Below, in pieces: positions 31,296-32,000 of a stretch of DNA of 32,000 nt (position 1 is the stretch's first letter; each line of letters begins with the position of its first letter). The DNA lies in assembly GCA_028718985.1 (NCBI GenBank), contig JAQUKQ010000006.1:10061-42060 (forward strand), read 5' to 3'. The notes under the pieces are model-generated. The model saw nothing but the letters and a program-made list of their open reading frames with translations, had not been told where the DNA came from and ran no database searches. Both the position numbers and the translations under genes were made by a program. The DNA is from Desulfobulbaceae bacterium. Lineage in GTDB: Bacteria > Desulfobacterota > Desulfobulbia > Desulfobulbales > VMSU01.

Positions 31296-31392
31296 TGTTC
31301 AGCAACGTCACGGACATGTGCTCAAGCCTGCAAGGCTTAAAATTGCCTGTCTGCGCAGGGCTGAGACAATGCGGACGTGACGTAGCTGAACA
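31296..31392. repeat. Imperfect long-arm inverted repeat enclosing smaller hairpins
   Basis: Arm 31296-31312 tgttcagcaacgtcacg vs arm 31376-31392 cgtgacgtagctgaaca: complementary at 16 of 17 positions; inner aagcc-tgcaa-ggctt hairpin at 31324-31338. Confidence 0.7.
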
Positions 31393-31406
31393 GTTCACAG
31401 ATTGGG

Positions 31407-31628
31407 TTACTTTTTTTCGCCGCAAGCACAGGTGCTCAGGCCAATAAGCTTGTAGAGGGGGCAAAAGCGCATAAGACCGGTAAGAAGTGGCAAGAAGGCA
31501 ACAAACTTGATGATGGTTTGTGACGTGCCGGCTGAGACGACAGGGTTTTCAAAAAAACCAATGTAGCCTAGGCCGATGGCGATAACAAGCCGCAGTAACA
31601 TATCGAAAGTGCCAACATTTTTTTCCAT
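31407..31628 (-). CDS. DUF2892/YgaP-type small inner-membrane protein
   Basis: MEKNVGTFDMLLRLVIAIGLGYIGF...FLPLLTGLMRFCPLYKLIGLSTC matches the 'N.G..DR.lR...G......TG..g.CPlY.llGi.tc' pattern. Confidence 0.85.
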   Translation of the reverse strand: MEKNVGTFDMLLRLVIAIGLGYIGFFENPVVSAGTSQTIIKFVAFLPLLTGLMRFCPLYKLIGLSTCACGEKK

Positions 31629-31760
31629 GCTTTCCCCCTGTTTAGAGTAGTCAATATCTTTTTGTCCGGATTTGCCAATACTGGGATAATATAGGCTGAT
31701 CAGGTCAAGAGACTTCGGATAACGTGATCACCTGTATTGTATTGAAAAAAATCTCGTAAA

Positions 31761-32000
31761 TCACGCTTTATTTTCTGTGATATGCAGAAAAGAGGCGGCC
31801 TCGACAGACAGGAAACTTGCTTCGACCCTTAGTAGCCAGTAGCCATCTGGCTCTCTCAGAATGGCATCGCGGAGCTTATCTGAAAGCCAATGGGAGTCTT
31901 CGATAAGGTTATAGAAGACCGAGTCTATGCCGATGAAGCCATCGAGAAGGTGAGCAATCAAGTGCAGAACCTTGCTGGGAAAGCCTAATGGCAGTTTCTT
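31761..32000 (-). CDS. Partial ORF, product unknown (5' end beyond window)
   Basis: Frame stays open to the window edge: KKLPLGFPSKVLHLIAHLLDGFIGIDSVFYNLIEDSHWLSDKLRDAILREPDGYWLLRVEASFL..., longer than the 66-aa TTG-initiated ORF in the track. Confidence 0.65.
   Translation of the reverse strand, partial: KKLPLGFPSKVLHLIAHLLDGFIGIDSVFYNLIEDSHWLSDKLRDAILREPDGYWLLRVEASFLSVEAASFLHITENKA

Noticed and set aside
31696-31731. Palindromes ctgatcag and gtgatcac upstream of the DUF2892-like gene
   Set aside because: 8-bp palindromes around GATC occur by chance; no recognised regulator motif.

Overview
This 32 kb window looks like an ordinary chromosomal segment from a Desulfobulbales/deltaproteobacterium-like genome (taxonomy is inference). 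It is densely packed with mostly housekeeping genes. Left to right it holds: the 3' end of a ParA-family gene (absent from the supplied ORF track); a large membrane-anchored zinc-ribbon/retropepsin-like aspartic protease protein; a minus-strand YkgJ-like protein plus ECF/CbiO-CbiQ transporter module with no S component in view; a plus-strand tig-clpP-clpX-lon proteostasis operon; and a minus-strand seven-gene fatty-acid-synthase-like cluster (KS, ACP, two CrtI/phytoene-desaturase-like FAD oxidoreductases, FabG-like, FabZ-like, FabI-like). These are followed by yceH-like, ilvC with a strikingly plant-like sequence, an HU gene with a clear terminator, a minus-strand hemC / cobA-hemD fusion / sigma54 response regulator / PilS-like kinase run, gmhA with a deoxyhypusine-synthase-like gene and an fmdB-type gene, then a cNMP-binding protein, a TrmH/TrmJ-family methyltransferase, a GGEEF diguanylate cyclase and a DUF2892-like protein. 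The best candidate for an under-described system is the 10.7-17.2 kb cluster. It resembles the FAS + phytoene-desaturase-like clusters discussed for anammox ladderane lipids, and its KS has a non-canonical C-terminal gating loop. Secondary points are the plant-type KARI and a 17-bp-arm imperfect inverted repeat near 31.3 kb. I found no tRNA, rRNA, CRISPR or transposase gene.
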